From contig JBMORA010000009.1 of assembly GCA_049320885.1 (NCBI GenBank), positions 192,001 through 256,000 on the forward strand: 64,000 bases of DNA, written 5' to 3'. Positions 39,325 through 49,488 of the stretch are shown here, one piece after another; within the stretch, counting starts at the first letter, position 1, and each line of letters opens with the position of its first letter. The notes below the pieces were generated by a model. It saw only the letters and a list, made by a program, of their open reading frames with translations. It did not search any database and was not told the origin of the DNA. The position numbers and the translations under genes are program-made. This stretch comes from Thermodesulfobacteriota bacterium (GTDB lineage Bacteria > Desulfobacterota > Desulfobacteria > Desulfobacterales > SURF-7).

Positions 39325-40086
39325 TCAGGACAAATACAGGGGGATCCGGTCCAGCACCAGACTCATGGCGTCCAGCATGGGGGTCTGGCCTTTGATTACC
39401 ACATCGCCCGCGGCAATGGCGCTGAACGCATCCATCTTTCCGTTCAAAAAGGCGTTGGCCACCTGTACGTTCCGCATGAACATGCAGGCCATGGGCTTGT
39501 CGACATCCCCGCGTCCCGCCTCGATGGCACCGTTGTTAAAAAACACATGAACCGCCGGCCCTTCCGGCAGGATTTTCATCAAAATTGGGCCGTTGCGCAT
39601 GTGACCCACCGCCAGCCGGGCGATGGGATCCAGCTTCGCCAGCTCTGGCACGGCAAAGACGGCCGTGTTCATGGTCAGGCGGGTATTCATGGTCAGATAG
39701 AATTCATCCGCCAGCAATTTTTCCGTGGGCTTGAGAAAATGTTCCAGCCGGGCCGTGAGCGTGGCGAAATCTTTAGCGAGAAACGGCAGCTTGGTGAAGC
39801 CCTTCAGCGGAATGGGGTTCCCCTTGCCCGCCATCATGCGGTTCAGATGGGCCGGGGAGAGGAAGAACAGTTTTACCGTTGGAGCGGGAATGATTCCACG
39901 ACCCACGCGGCAGCCGCCGTTTTCAAAGACAATGTGCGCCTGCGGTCCGTTCCAGACGCTGAACTGGATGGATATGCGCCAACTGGCCGTAAAGGCTTTC
40001 ATTTCCGGATCCCAGGCAACCACATCCTCGAGGTTCTGCAGGACCGCGTATAAATTCAGGTTGGATTTGATCAATTCGGCCGTCAT
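39325..40086 (-). CDS. Tandem SCP2-like lipid-binding protein A
   Basis: AFLNGKMDAFSAIAAGDVVIKG is a classic SCP2 C-terminus; an N-terminal repeat shows a similar pattern; start ATG 40086. Confidence 0.7.
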   Translation of the reverse strand: MTAELIKSNLNLYAVLQNLEDVVAWDPEMKAFTASWRISIQFSVWNGPQAHIVFENGGCRVGRGIIPAPTVKLFFLSPAHLNRMMAGKGNPIPLKGFTKLPFLAKDFATLTARLEHFLKPTEKLLADEFYLTMNTRLTMNTAVFAVPELAKLDPIARLAVGHMRNGPILMKILPEGPAVHVFFNNGAIEAGRGDVDKPMACMFMRNVQVANAFLNGKMDAFSAIAAGDVVIKGQTPMLDAMSLVLDRIPLYLS

Positions 40087-40100
40087 GTGAAAATGCCCCC

Positions 40101-40129
40101 TTGCAAAGCGGTTTCGCCCGGAGTATAGT
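40101..40129 (+). promoter_or_regulatory. sigma70-type promoter of tetR-ald
   Basis: TTGCAA-N17-TATAGT. Confidence 0.6.
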
Positions 40130-40138
40130 AGGCATGTG

Positions 40139-40156
40139 AGTGAGTGCTTGCTCACT
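40139..40156. promoter_or_regulatory. Putative TetR operator
   Basis: Palindrome AGTGAG-N6-CTCACT between the divergent promoters. Confidence 0.65.
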
Positions 40157-40242
40157 ATTACCCAGGCCGGGGTGAAAAAGTCAAGGGAAAAGATCCCCAA
40201 CCCGTTTCACCCCTGTATTTCGGTTACGTTGCGGATCTCAGG

Positions 40243-40947
40243 ATGAAAGATATGACCCGGGAAAAAACCCAGTTCCAGAACGGCGGCTACACCGTTAAAA
40301 AGCATTACACGGAAACATTTGAAAAGATCGCTGAGGATAAGCGCGCCACCATTTTGCGGGTCGCGGCCGCCGAATTCGCCGCCAACGGCTTCAGGACCGC
40401 CAATATCAATGTGATTGCCCGCAAGGCGGGCATCAGTATCGGCTCCATGTATAAATATTTTACGTCGAAGGAAAATCTGTTTCTGACGATCATCGATCAC
40501 GGCTACCAGGTGCTGGCCGACGTACTGGCGGAGGTGGATTTGAATGCCGGCGACATCTTCGATAAAATCGAGCGGCTGCTGCGGGCGGCCCAGCAATATT
40601 CCCGAAAATACCCGGAGCTGAACCAGATCTACGTGGATATCGCCTCCGAAGGGTTGTCGCATCTGTCGGTGATGCTTTCGCGAAAGATGGAGTCCATTTC
40701 CGCCGCGTTTTACCGGAGCATGCTTTCCCTGTCCAAGCAGAAGGGGCTGGTGGATGCGGCAGCGGATGATTTCGTCACCGCCTTTTGTCTGGATAACCTG
40801 ATCCTGATGCTGCAATACTCGTATACAACGGATTATTATCGGGAGCGGATGAAAATATTCGCCGGTGAGGATGCCCTGGAAGACGATGAACGGATCATCC
40901 GGGGCATGATGCGGTTCATCCGCGGTGCGCTGGCGCCCCGTTCCTGA
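40243..40947 (+). CDS. TetR-family regulator
   Basis: EFAANGFRTANINVIARKAGISIGSMYKYFTSKE; start 40243 or 40252. Confidence 0.92.
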   Translation: MKDMTREKTQFQNGGYTVKKHYTETFEKIAEDKRATILRVAAAEFAANGFRTANINVIARKAGISIGSMYKYFTSKENLFLTIIDHGYQVLADVLAEVDLNAGDIFDKIERLLRAAQQYSRKYPELNQIYVDIASEGLSHLSVMLSRKMESISAAFYRSMLSLSKQKGLVDAAADDFVTAFCLDNLILMLQYSYTTDYYRERMKIFAGEDALEDDERIIRGMMRFIRGALAPRS

Positions 40948-40996
40948 CTGGGCAGCGTCGTTCCCCATCGTAACGTCAATATAAGGAGGACTTGTC

Positions 40997-42103
40997 ATGA
41001 AAATCGGAGTGCCGAATGAGATCAAGATCAGGGAAAGACGTGTGGCGCTGACGCCTGCCGGTGCGTTTGCCCTCGCGGAAAAAGGCCATGAGGTGTTTGT
41101 GGAACGGAGTGCCGGCATCGGCTCCGGAATCATGGATGACGACTACAAACGCATGGGTGCGAGCATCCTGAATACCGCGGACGAAGTCTGGGGGGCGGCG
41201 GACATGATCATCAAGGTGAAGGAACCCATCGATCCGGAGTTCGACCGCATGAAACCCGGCCAGATATTGTTCACCTATCTCCATCTGGCGGCGGACGAGG
41301 CCCTGACCAGAAAACTGCTGGAACGCGACATCATCGGGATTGCCTATGAAACCATTCAGCTGAGTGACGGCAGTCTGCCCCTGTTGACCCCCATGAGCGA
41401 GGTCGCCGGCCGCCTGGCGGTGCAGGTGGGCTGTAATTGTCTGGAAACACGCAACGGCGGCAAGGGGCTGCTGTTGTCCGGCGTTCCGGGCGTGGGGCCT
41501 GCCAAGGTAACCATCCTGGGAGGCGGCATCGCCGGAGTCAACGCGGCTCAGCTGGCCATGGGCATGGGCGCCTATGTGACCATTCTGGATATCAACCTGA
41601 ACCGGCTGCGCCAGCTGGACCATTTGTTTCATTCCCATGTGGTCACCCTCATGTCCAATCCCACCAACATCGAGGATTGCATCGCTCAATCCGATTTGGT
41701 GATCGGCACGGTGTTGATTCCAGGCGCCCGGGCTCCCAAGCTGATAAAAAGGAGCTATCTGCAGAAGATGGAACCGGGTTCGGCCCTGGTGGATGTGGCC
41801 ATCGATCAGGGCGGCTGCGCCGAAACCAGCCGGCCCACCACCCACGATGACCCGATGTTCATTGTCGACAGCATCGTGCATTACTGCGTAACCAACATGC
41901 CCGGCCAGGTGCCCCGCACCTCCACCTTCGCCCTGACCAACGCCACCCTGCCCTATGCGTTGGCACTGGCCAATAAGGGGCTCAAAAAAGCCCTGCATTC
42001 CGACCCGGCCCTGGCCAAGGGACTGAACGTCTACAGGGGCAAGCTCACCCGGAAGGAAGTGTCGGAGGCGGTGAATATCCCGTTTGAGGAAGTAAAATTG
42101 TAA
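40997..42103 (+). CDS. ald: Alanine dehydrogenase
   Basis: [57 protein letters not shown]. Confidence 0.96.
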   Translation: MKIGVPNEIKIRERRVALTPAGAFALAEKGHEVFVERSAGIGSGIMDDDYKRMGASILNTADEVWGAADMIIKVKEPIDPEFDRMKPGQILFTYLHLAADEALTRKLLERDIIGIAYETIQLSDGSLPLLTPMSEVAGRLAVQVGCNCLETRNGGKGLLLSGVPGVGPAKVTILGGGIAGVNAAQLAMGMGAYVTILDINLNRLRQLDHLFHSHVVTLMSNPTNIEDCIAQSDLVIGTVLIPGARAPKLIKRSYLQKMEPGSALVDVAIDQGGCAETSRPTTHDDPMFIVDSIVHYCVTNMPGQVPRTSTFALTNATLPYALALANKGLKKALHSDPALAKGLNVYRGKLTRKEVSEAVNIPFEEVKL

Positions 42104-42966
42104 TGGTGCGAAGCGAAAAGCCTAAAGCGGAAAGCAGCCCGGATGAAGAGATTGCTCGAATGGAACAGGCCGGTTTCAATCCGGGAAAGCATGGCTTCGA
42201 TCAGATACCGATTCTTGCCGTCGGCCGCGGATGGATGGTGGCGGATAAACCCGCGGGTATGAGCATTCATAACGCGCCGGGAGAAGACCTTTGTTCGCTG
42301 GTTTCGGAAAAGGTTCGACAGCGGCCGGATATCGGCGAGCTGTTTGGCATCGACCCGCCGAACACAGGCTTCGGAGCGGATATCCATCCGGTTCACCGCC
42401 TGGACAGGGAAACCAGCGGTGTGGTGCTGCTTGCCGCTGATCGGGAGATTTTTCGTTTTTTTTCAAAACAGTTTACTAGTCGAACCGTGATAAAAACATA
42501 CGTTGCACTGGTGCACGGCCGTCTGGAGATGCCCGGAGGGGCGGATTCATGGGGAATTTGGGAATGGCCCCTTTCAAAAACAGCCGCGGGTCGCAGCAGG
42601 CCCCAGGGGGTCGGCCGCCGCCACCCCAGCAGTACCAGATATCGCGTTCTTGGCCACAGCGAGCATTATACCATGGTGTCACTGGAACTGCTCACCGGGC
42701 GCACCCACCAGATCCGGCGGCATGCAAAACTAGCAGGCCACCCGGTTGTCGGGGATGTGCGCTACGGCTCGGACCGGGCGGTGAATTTTCTCCGAAAGCA
42801 GCGAGGATTCGACCGGCTGGCCCTGCATGCCCGGGCGCTTTCCATACAGCTTCCGGGCAAAGATGATCAAACCACCATAGAGACAAGGACAATTCCGAAT
42901 CAGATGCGGATATTATTTGAAGAAGATTGGATTGGAAGGGAAGAGGCAACGAAGGAACAGCAGTAG
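42103..42966 (+). CDS. RluA-family pseudouridine synthase
   Basis: [31 protein letters not shown] overlap with ald. Confidence 0.9.
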   Translation: MVRSEKPKAESSPDEEIARMEQAGFNPGKHGFDQIPILAVGRGWMVADKPAGMSIHNAPGEDLCSLVSEKVRQRPDIGELFGIDPPNTGFGADIHPVHRLDRETSGVVLLAADREIFRFFSKQFTSRTVIKTYVALVHGRLEMPGGADSWGIWEWPLSKTAAGRSRPQGVGRRHPSSTRYRVLGHSEHYTMVSLELLTGRTHQIRRHAKLAGHPVVGDVRYGSDRAVNFLRKQRGFDRLALHARALSIQLPGKDDQTTIETRTIPNQMRILFEEDWIGREEATKEQQ

Positions 42967-43256
42967 TCCGTGATTTTCTTCACTTTCAGCCCGAATGCTG
43001 ATTTCGCCGGGACTTCAAAGGACTCGCCGCCTTGAATCGTTTTCCATTCCACCTGTCCCGGCAGCAGCACATCCAGTTCTCCGGACATGATTTCCATGAT
43101 TTCCCTGGCGTCGGTAGTAAATTCATATTCTCCCGGAAGCATGATCCCAAGGGTCTTTCGGGAACCGTCCGGGAAAATAACGGAACGGCTGGCGACATTC
43201 CCATTAAAGTAGATATTGGCTTTCTTGACAACCGTGACGCCTTTAAATTCAGTCAT
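42900..43256 (-). CDS. ppnP: Pyrimidine/purine nucleoside phosphorylase (DUF1255)
   Basis: [30 protein letters not shown]; start ATG 43256. Confidence 0.88.
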   Translation of the reverse strand: MTEFKGVTVVKKANIYFNGNVASRSVIFPDGSRKTLGIMLPGEYEFTTDAREIMEIMSGELDVLLPGQVEWKTIQGGESFEVPAKSAFGLKVKKITDYCCSFVASSLPIQSSSNNIRI

Positions 43257-44041
43257 GAGCTTCCTTCTAACCCGTCCTCCGATGACAACTGGTTGATTTT
43301 CTCCAAACAATTCCACAGTTCCAGTATTTCCGGCAGCAATTGCCATTCTTTCGGCATCGTCGCGTGGCGTTCGCCATTGTTGATGAAGCGGTAGAAATGG
43401 ACCGTACAGGCCCGATATTCCAGCCGGCCTTCCGCCCAGCGAGTATAATTCCCCGGGAAGATACCGGCCACTTTCCATCCCATTTGCTTAAACCAGATAT
43501 ATTGGGTGATGTTGTGCCAGGTTTCGCAGAAAACCGTGACATATTCGGCGCCGCTTTCCTTCAGCCAGTTATACATCAGGGCCATTTCGGACCAGATGCG
43601 AACCGACATCCTGCCTTTCCGGAAATCCGGATGGATAGCGACGAAACTCATTTCAATATGGAGATTTTTGTCCCACTTCGTCAGGATGGTGGCAAAGACG
43701 AGGCAATGTAGTCCCAAATCCTCCCCGACGATCATGATATGATCCTTTTCTGTAGCGTCTTTTTCCCAATTTTCCGGCAGCGCGAATCTGGATGGATATT
43801 CTTCTGGAAACAGGATCCATTCGTGGACCGATCCATACACTTCCGGATACGAAGCCCGCCATAATTCAGCCGCTGCGTCAATGTCGCCGCGGGTCAATAA
43901 CCGAAACCGGAAAGACTTGTCGGCAATGTCCACGTGACCGATATTCGGCCAAATAACTTTTTTGTCGGTGATTTCCCGCAACTCGCAAGACTTCCCCATT
44001 TCACGATAGGCGCTGTATTTTCCCATATCCAGTCTGTTCAC
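43253..44041 (-). CDS. GNAT-fold acetyltransferase-like protein
   Basis: [11 protein letters not shown] motif A. Confidence 0.6.
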   Translation of the reverse strand: MNRLDMGKYSAYREMGKSCELREITDKKVIWPNIGHVDIADKSFRFRLLTRGDIDAAAELWRASYPEVYGSVHEWILFPEEYPSRFALPENWEKDATEKDHIMIVGEDLGLHCLVFATILTKWDKNLHIEMSFVAIHPDFRKGRMSVRIWSEMALMYNWLKESGAEYVTVFCETWHNITQYIWFKQMGWKVAGIFPGNYTRWAEGRLEYRACTVHFYRFINNGERHATMPKEWQLLPEILELWNCLEKINQLSSEDGLEGSS

Positions 44042-44084
44042 TTGCGGTTTCCTTTTCCAAGGTTTTTAAAACCGTAAAAAGTCT

Positions 44085-45143
44085 TCAGTAGTAGCGCGGC
44101 GGATAGTAGGCCCCCCATTTGCTGCCGATGATTTTTTTATCGCAGGAGAGCTGCCGGTCCAGGCTTTCCAGATCCGTATAGGGGCCGCTCATGGAGTTGA
44201 TTCCAGTGTAGCTGGAAACAAGCAGGTAGCTGCCGTCATCCTGGATGACCCCAGCTCCGGTGTGAAGCCCGTCCCAGGGATCCTCATCCCATTTAACGCT
44301 GCGCATAAAGGTTTTGTAACCGGCTCGTCCCAGCATGTACTGCGTGAAATAGGCCGCATCCGTGCATTGGGCGGTTTTGGCAAAAAAGGTGAAATAGACG
44401 CCGCTGGAAGGCGTTTTACGGAAAAGAAAATATTTATTGATGTAATAACTGACGAGTTCTGGAGAATTCAGCCGGTCGGCGACCGTATGGAATTGCTTCC
44501 AGCGGGATTGCCGGATCGCTTTTTCTATGATATTCCAGTCATGGGTGTCAAACAACTCCTTGTTTTTCAGAAAATCATCCATGATATGACTTTGCAACTG
44601 TCGATCCGTGCTTCGTTTTATGCGTGACGCATACTCGGTTTTTCCCGCATCGGGGGGCATCCGTTGGATTATGTCATGGATGACGGAACTGATGATCAAT
44701 CCGGGTTCCCCATTCCAGGCGGCGTCCAGGATTTTTGTCAAGGAATAGGCCGGATCGTTTTTTGAAAAGCCGGTGTCAGACGATCCGGCAGAGGGTACGG
44801 GGAGGTTCCGGGGAAGGCAGCGACCGTTCGGTTCAACGGTTTTACTTACATTCAGACCGAGCAGCTTGCCGGAGGCCTCCAGTTTTTCATCCTGAAGCAG
44901 CCAAAAAAAGGCCTGCAGTGGCGAACAATACTCCCGAAAGGCAGGCAGGCCGACTGTCTGCATTTGATCGAGCATATGATCGAACCGGTCAGGGGATAGC
45001 TGATACATACGGAACAGATTGTCGAGCGCCTGACGCGTGGCATCCGATTCGAGATTCCGGAGCTCTGGGAGTTTGGCCAGTTCCTCCGCCAGGAGATGGT
45101 TCGATCGGTCTATCTGCATCAGGTTGTCGGCAATGGAATGCAT
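44085..45143 (-). CDS. Hypothetical protein with C-terminal transglutaminase-like Cys/His segment
   Basis: AQCTDAAYF...LGRAGY...LHTG; start uncertain (45143 or 45230). Confidence 0.55.
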   Translation of the reverse strand: MHSIADNLMQIDRSNHLLAEELAKLPELRNLESDATRQALDNLFRMYQLSPDRFDHMLDQMQTVGLPAFREYCSPLQAFFWLLQDEKLEASGKLLGLNVSKTVEPNGRCLPRNLPVPSAGSSDTGFSKNDPAYSLTKILDAAWNGEPGLIISSVIHDIIQRMPPDAGKTEYASRIKRSTDRQLQSHIMDDFLKNKELFDTHDWNIIEKAIRQSRWKQFHTVADRLNSPELVSYYINKYFLFRKTPSSGVYFTFFAKTAQCTDAAYFTQYMLGRAGYKTFMRSVKWDEDPWDGLHTGAGVIQDDGSYLLVSSYTGINSMSGPYTDLESLDRQLSCDKKIIGSKWGAYYPPRYY

Positions 45144-45263
45144 GCGGTTCCGTTTTTGAATTTTTGAAATTGATGCGAAAATTGACGGGAAAAAGTCTCC
45201 GCTGACTTCGTTGCCTTGATATAGACGCATATCGTCAAAAATACAATATGTGAAATGGTTCCG

Positions 45264-45992
45264 TCAATGCGGAGCACGGGTTAAGCGCAGAAAGACTTCC
45301 TCAAGATCGCCCGTTTCGTTTCCGGCGGTTTGCCTCAGCTCGTCCACCGTGCCGCCGGCGATGAGCCGGCCGCGGTGGATGATACCGATGCGGTGGCAGA
45401 TGTCTTCGGCGATTTTCAGGGTGTGGGTGGACATGAAAATGGTCTTTCCCGCCGCAGCCAGTTCGCGGAACAACTCCCGCACCATTTTGATGCCCTCGGG
45501 ATCGAGCCCCACCAGGGGCTCGTCCACCACAATGAGATCGGGATCGTGCAGCAGGGCCGCGGCCATGATCAGGCGCTGTTTCATGCCGTGGGAATAGGAT
45601 TCAATCAGTTCGTCGGCCCAGTCCAGGAGGGCGAACATTTGCAGATGAGTCTCGGCCCGGACGTGAAATTCGTCCTCCGGAACTCCGTAGAGGTCGGCGA
45701 TGAAGCGCAGGAATTCCATGCCGGTCAGTTTTTCATACAGAAACGGACGATCCGGGATGAAACCGATGCGCTGTTTGGCGGCCACCGGGTCACGGGCCAT
45801 GTTGAATCCGGCGATGACGACGTCGCCCTGGGTGGGCGCGATGAGACCGCCGATCATTTTGATGGTGGTGGTCTTGCCGGCGCCGTTGGGTCCGATGAAA
45901 CCAAATATTTCACCCCGGGGAACCATCAGATTCAGCCGGTCCACGGCGGTAAAGCCGCCGAATTTGCGTGTTAGATTTTTCAATTCGATCAT
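45264..45992 (-). CDS. ABC transporter ATP-binding protein (ABC-2 type)
   Basis: GPNGAGKTT, YSHGMKQR, VDEP, STH. Confidence 0.95.
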   Translation of the reverse strand: MIELKNLTRKFGGFTAVDRLNLMVPRGEIFGFIGPNGAGKTTTIKMIGGLIAPTQGDVVIAGFNMARDPVAAKQRIGFIPDRPFLYEKLTGMEFLRFIADLYGVPEDEFHVRAETHLQMFALLDWADELIESYSHGMKQRLIMAAALLHDPDLIVVDEPLVGLDPEGIKMVRELFRELAAAGKTIFMSTHTLKIAEDICHRIGIIHRGRLIAGGTVDELRQTAGNETGDLEEVFLRLTRAPH

Positions 45993-46041
45993 GCCGGGGC
46001 ACCTCCTTCCCTAACGGCAGCAGGCTATCGCGCCGAGGGTT

Positions 46042-47517
46042 CTAATCCATGGCCTCCACGCGGATCGTCACCCGGCCGAGCAGGGAAATCAGCACGGCCT
46101 GGAGATTCTGCTCACCCGTGGCGAAACGCAGATGAGTTACATCCGCCGGGAATTGCCCGAACAGCGGATCCACCGTAATCCAGCGTCCGACATACACCCC
46201 ATTCCAGGCATGGTAATAAAATCGGTCGTTCAAATACACCAGGCCGGCTTCCACCCGCGCCGGGATACCGGCGGCCCTGGCCAGGGCCGCGAACAACACG
46301 GCGTGCTCGTTGCAATCCCCCACGCGGTTTTCAAGTGTTGCCAGGGCGTCCGGTATAGACAAGGCCGGTCTTTTCTCCACATGTTGCCTGATCCAGGAAA
46401 CGATCTTGCTGATGCGGATCAAAACCGCGTCCTCCGGAGACACGATTTCCCCGATCAATTTCCGGAAACGCGGATGATCCGACTGAATGAACAGCGAAGG
46501 GGAAAGAAGGGCACGTGCTTCTTCCGGCAGTGCTTCCTCCGGCAGCCGGTCGGGAATATCCCCGAGAAATTCCTTGCGGATCTGGAGCAGACCGTTTGAA
46601 TAGCTTTGCCGCCCATCCCCCAGGGTCTGGCCTTCCAGGTGAACGCCGCCGATACGGACGGAGAGGGTTTCAAGTCCCGCCGGGGCCTCGATATGGACAT
46701 TGGAGGGTACCGCGGCCGCCAGGGTCAGATCCCGGCCGCCTTCCCGGGGTATGTCGGACAAGGCGTCCTCCCGGCTGGTGTTTTCGAGGCGCAACCCCAA
46801 AAGGCCTTCTTCCCTCAGCACGTTTCCTTGGGCGTCGATCCAGGCGGTCTGGTTCGTTTCCCGGTATTGGAGGATCAGTTTCCGGGCGGTCACGATTTGA
46901 CCGCGGTGGGAAATGGTTTCTTCCGCCGCCACCTGAACCACCACCGGCTGCATAGCCATGGCGGTGGGGTCGAAAATGGAAAACCGGAGATGTTCACCTT
47001 CCCGGAGATTCCTGGCGGCAAGCCCGGGAATCAAGACTGCCGAGAGAGACGGTCGTTCCTGGATGGGGATGTCGACGGTGCGGCCGGGGTTGCCCGAATC
47101 CGTTGTGATGCGGATGGCCTGATCAACGATCCTGCCGGTCGCACTGAAACGGAAAGCGCCGGAGGCGATTCGAAAATCAAAGGCATCCAGGGTCATATCC
47201 GGCAACAGGCGGGCCGAGGTGCCCATTTCCAGATCCTGGGTCAGGCCCATGGTGTTGAGGCGCAGGAAGACGTTCTCCCGAAGGGAATAGCCGGTCTCCG
47301 TACGCTGAAACACCGAATGGGAATAGCCGATCCGGCGGTCGTTCTGGTACACGTTCATCCAGGTTTCTTTTTGGGCGGCATCGCCGGCAAGCGGGGCGTG
47401 GAGTGTCGAATCCGGCCGGTTTTCAAAAACACCCAGCCGCCACGCCAGCATCGCCAGAAAAACAAGCCCGAAAAAGACCCCGGCAATCAGGATATGTCTG
47501 AAGGACCGATCGGCCAT
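46042..47517 (-). CDS. Membrane-anchored transglutaminase-like domain protein
   Basis: N-terminal TM; GDCNEHA, YHAW, VDP (Cys-His-Asp triad). Confidence 0.85.
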   Translation of the reverse strand: MADRSFRHILIAGVFFGLVFLAMLAWRLGVFENRPDSTLHAPLAGDAAQKETWMNVYQNDRRIGYSHSVFQRTETGYSLRENVFLRLNTMGLTQDLEMGTSARLLPDMTLDAFDFRIASGAFRFSATGRIVDQAIRITTDSGNPGRTVDIPIQERPSLSAVLIPGLAARNLREGEHLRFSIFDPTAMAMQPVVVQVAAEETISHRGQIVTARKLILQYRETNQTAWIDAQGNVLREEGLLGLRLENTSREDALSDIPREGGRDLTLAAAVPSNVHIEAPAGLETLSVRIGGVHLEGQTLGDGRQSYSNGLLQIRKEFLGDIPDRLPEEALPEEARALLSPSLFIQSDHPRFRKLIGEIVSPEDAVLIRISKIVSWIRQHVEKRPALSIPDALATLENRVGDCNEHAVLFAALARAAGIPARVEAGLVYLNDRFYYHAWNGVYVGRWITVDPLFGQFPADVTHLRFATGEQNLQAVLISLLGRVTIRVEAMD

Positions 47518-47551
47518 GGTTCCCCTGTCGCATACACGGTGTTGGAGGCTC

Positions 47552-49438
47552 CTATACGATCCGTTTGAACAGTTTTTCAAGAGACGGAAGCGACCATCGA
47601 ATCCAGATGGGACGGCCGTGGGGGCAGTGGGATGGATTTCCGCATTGTTCCAACTGCCGGATCAAGTGATCCATCTCCTTTTCACTCAGCCGCTGATGGG
47701 CCCGCAGCGCGCCGTGGCAGGCCATCAGGATGCGGCATTCATCCATGACAGCCTCCATTCCCCGGGAAAAACCCACATCCGCCACCCGGTCGATCATGGC
47801 AAGAATGAGGGGGCGCATTTCCCGGTCCGCGATCAGGGCCGGGGCGGACTTGACGGCGAAGGACCGGCCGCCGAACGGATCGATGGCCAGACCGTTTTGC
47901 TGCAAATCCGGCAGGAGCTGCTCCAGAATGGCCGCCTCCTTGTATCCCAGGTCGATGATTTCCGGCATGAGCAGCCGCTGAACAGCCGGCCGGGCGCTTT
48001 CGGCTCCGGCCTTCAACTGTTCGAAGAGGATCCGTTCATGGGCCGCATGCTGGTCCACCAGAATCACTCCCTCATCGGATTCGCAGATAATGTAGGTGTT
48101 GTGGGCCTGGCCGATCACGCGAAAGGAAACGGATTCCGGTTTTTCCCACAGGGTTTGCTGCGGTTTGACTGGAGCGGGTTCCCGCCGGGATGGATTTAAT
48201 GCCGGTGAAGGTTCGGGAAATTCGATACCGTTCCGGCCACCCCCATAGGATGGCAAGCGTTCGGAAACGGCTGGAGGACTGGAATCCGCGGCAGTACAAT
48301 GCGGAAAACCTTCGGGTTTCCCCGCCGGCAACGGGAATGCATTTTCGGCCCCGGTCCGGCAATCATGAACCGAAGCGGGTGAGGGGAAGCGCTTTCCGGA
48401 TTCAACCGACCCGGGGACCGGAGAGGGCTGCCGCTGCCAAGGCGGCCTGGCGGCCCTGGCCCAGACATCCGTCACCGCCTGTTTCAGCAGATCATAGACG
48501 GTCTGGTATCCAGAGAACCGCACTTCGTGTTTGGTGGGATGCACATTGACATCGAGCTGGTCGAAGGGTACCTCGATGAAGATCACGGCCACGGGGAAAC
48601 GGCCTTTCATCAGTCGGCCGCGATACCCTTCAAACAGGGCATGCTGGAGCCCGCGGTCGCGGATATAGCGGCCGTTGACATATACATATGTTTTTTGGGA
48701 GGAACTGCGGGTGAGTTCCGGAGAGGAAATCCAGCCCCTGACGGCGGCCGACGGCGTCTCGGCCCGGATGGCGTGGAGGTCATGACGGAGGTCATGCCCC
48801 AATACCGAAAGGACCCGTTCCAGGGGATCGGCGCTCAAGGGCCAGCTTTTCAACGGTCTTTCGTTGTGGATCAGACGAAAATGGATCCCGGGACATCCCA
48901 GGGCAATGGCGGCCACGGTTTCCGCCAGATGACCCATCTCCGTCTGGCCGGACTTGAGAAATTTCCGTCGGGCGGGTGTATTGTAAAACAGGTGACGAAC
49001 GGAAATCATGGTTCCCACCGGAGCGCCCACGGCGGTGACCTGTTTGATCCGGCCGCCTTCCACTTGAACGGCGGTGCCGGTTTCGGAGGCGGCGTCCCGG
49101 GTGATCATCTCAAGCCGCGAAACCGCCGCAATGCTGGGGAGGGCTTCGCCGCGGAATCCCAGCGTGCTGATGCGGAACAGATCCTGGTCGGTGCGGATTT
49201 TACTGGTGGCGTAGCGTTCCAGGGAAAGCAGGGCTTCGTCCCGGGACATGCCGACGCCGTTGTCCGCCACCCGGATCAGGGAGCGACCGCCGTTTTCGAT
49301 CTCGACGATGATTTTGGCGCTCTCCGCATCGATGGCGTTTTCGATCAGCTCCTTGGCTACCGAAGCCGGACGTTCCACGACTTCGCCCGCGGCGATCTTG
49401 TTGGTCAGGATTTCAGGGAGTATCTGTATTTTCGGCAC
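47552..49438 (-). CDS. mutL: DNA mismatch repair endonuclease MutL
   Basis: IAAGEVVERP, GFRGEAL, DVNVHPTK, DQHAAHER, ACH, CPHGRP. Confidence 0.98.
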   Translation of the reverse strand: MPKIQILPEILTNKIAAGEVVERPASVAKELIENAIDAESAKIIVEIENGGRSLIRVADNGVGMSRDEALLSLERYATSKIRTDQDLFRISTLGFRGEALPSIAAVSRLEMITRDAASETGTAVQVEGGRIKQVTAVGAPVGTMISVRHLFYNTPARRKFLKSGQTEMGHLAETVAAIALGCPGIHFRLIHNERPLKSWPLSADPLERVLSVLGHDLRHDLHAIRAETPSAAVRGWISSPELTRSSSQKTYVYVNGRYIRDRGLQHALFEGYRGRLMKGRFPVAVIFIEVPFDQLDVNVHPTKHEVRFSGYQTVYDLLKQAVTDVWARAARPPWQRQPSPVPGSVESGKRFPSPASVHDCRTGAENAFPLPAGKPEGFPHCTAADSSPPAVSERLPSYGGGRNGIEFPEPSPALNPSRREPAPVKPQQTLWEKPESVSFRVIGQAHNTYIICESDEGVILVDQHAAHERILFEQLKAGAESARPAVQRLLMPEIIDLGYKEAAILEQLLPDLQQNGLAIDPFGGRSFAVKSAPALIADREMRPLILAMIDRVADVGFSRGMEAVMDECRILMACHGALRAHQRLSEKEMDHLIRQLEQCGNPSHCPHGRPIWIRWSLPSLEKLFKRIV

Positions 49439-49488
49439 GGCGTCCGATCATCCCATGAAGTTGGCAACCCCGGGGTCAGCAGTCCCGG

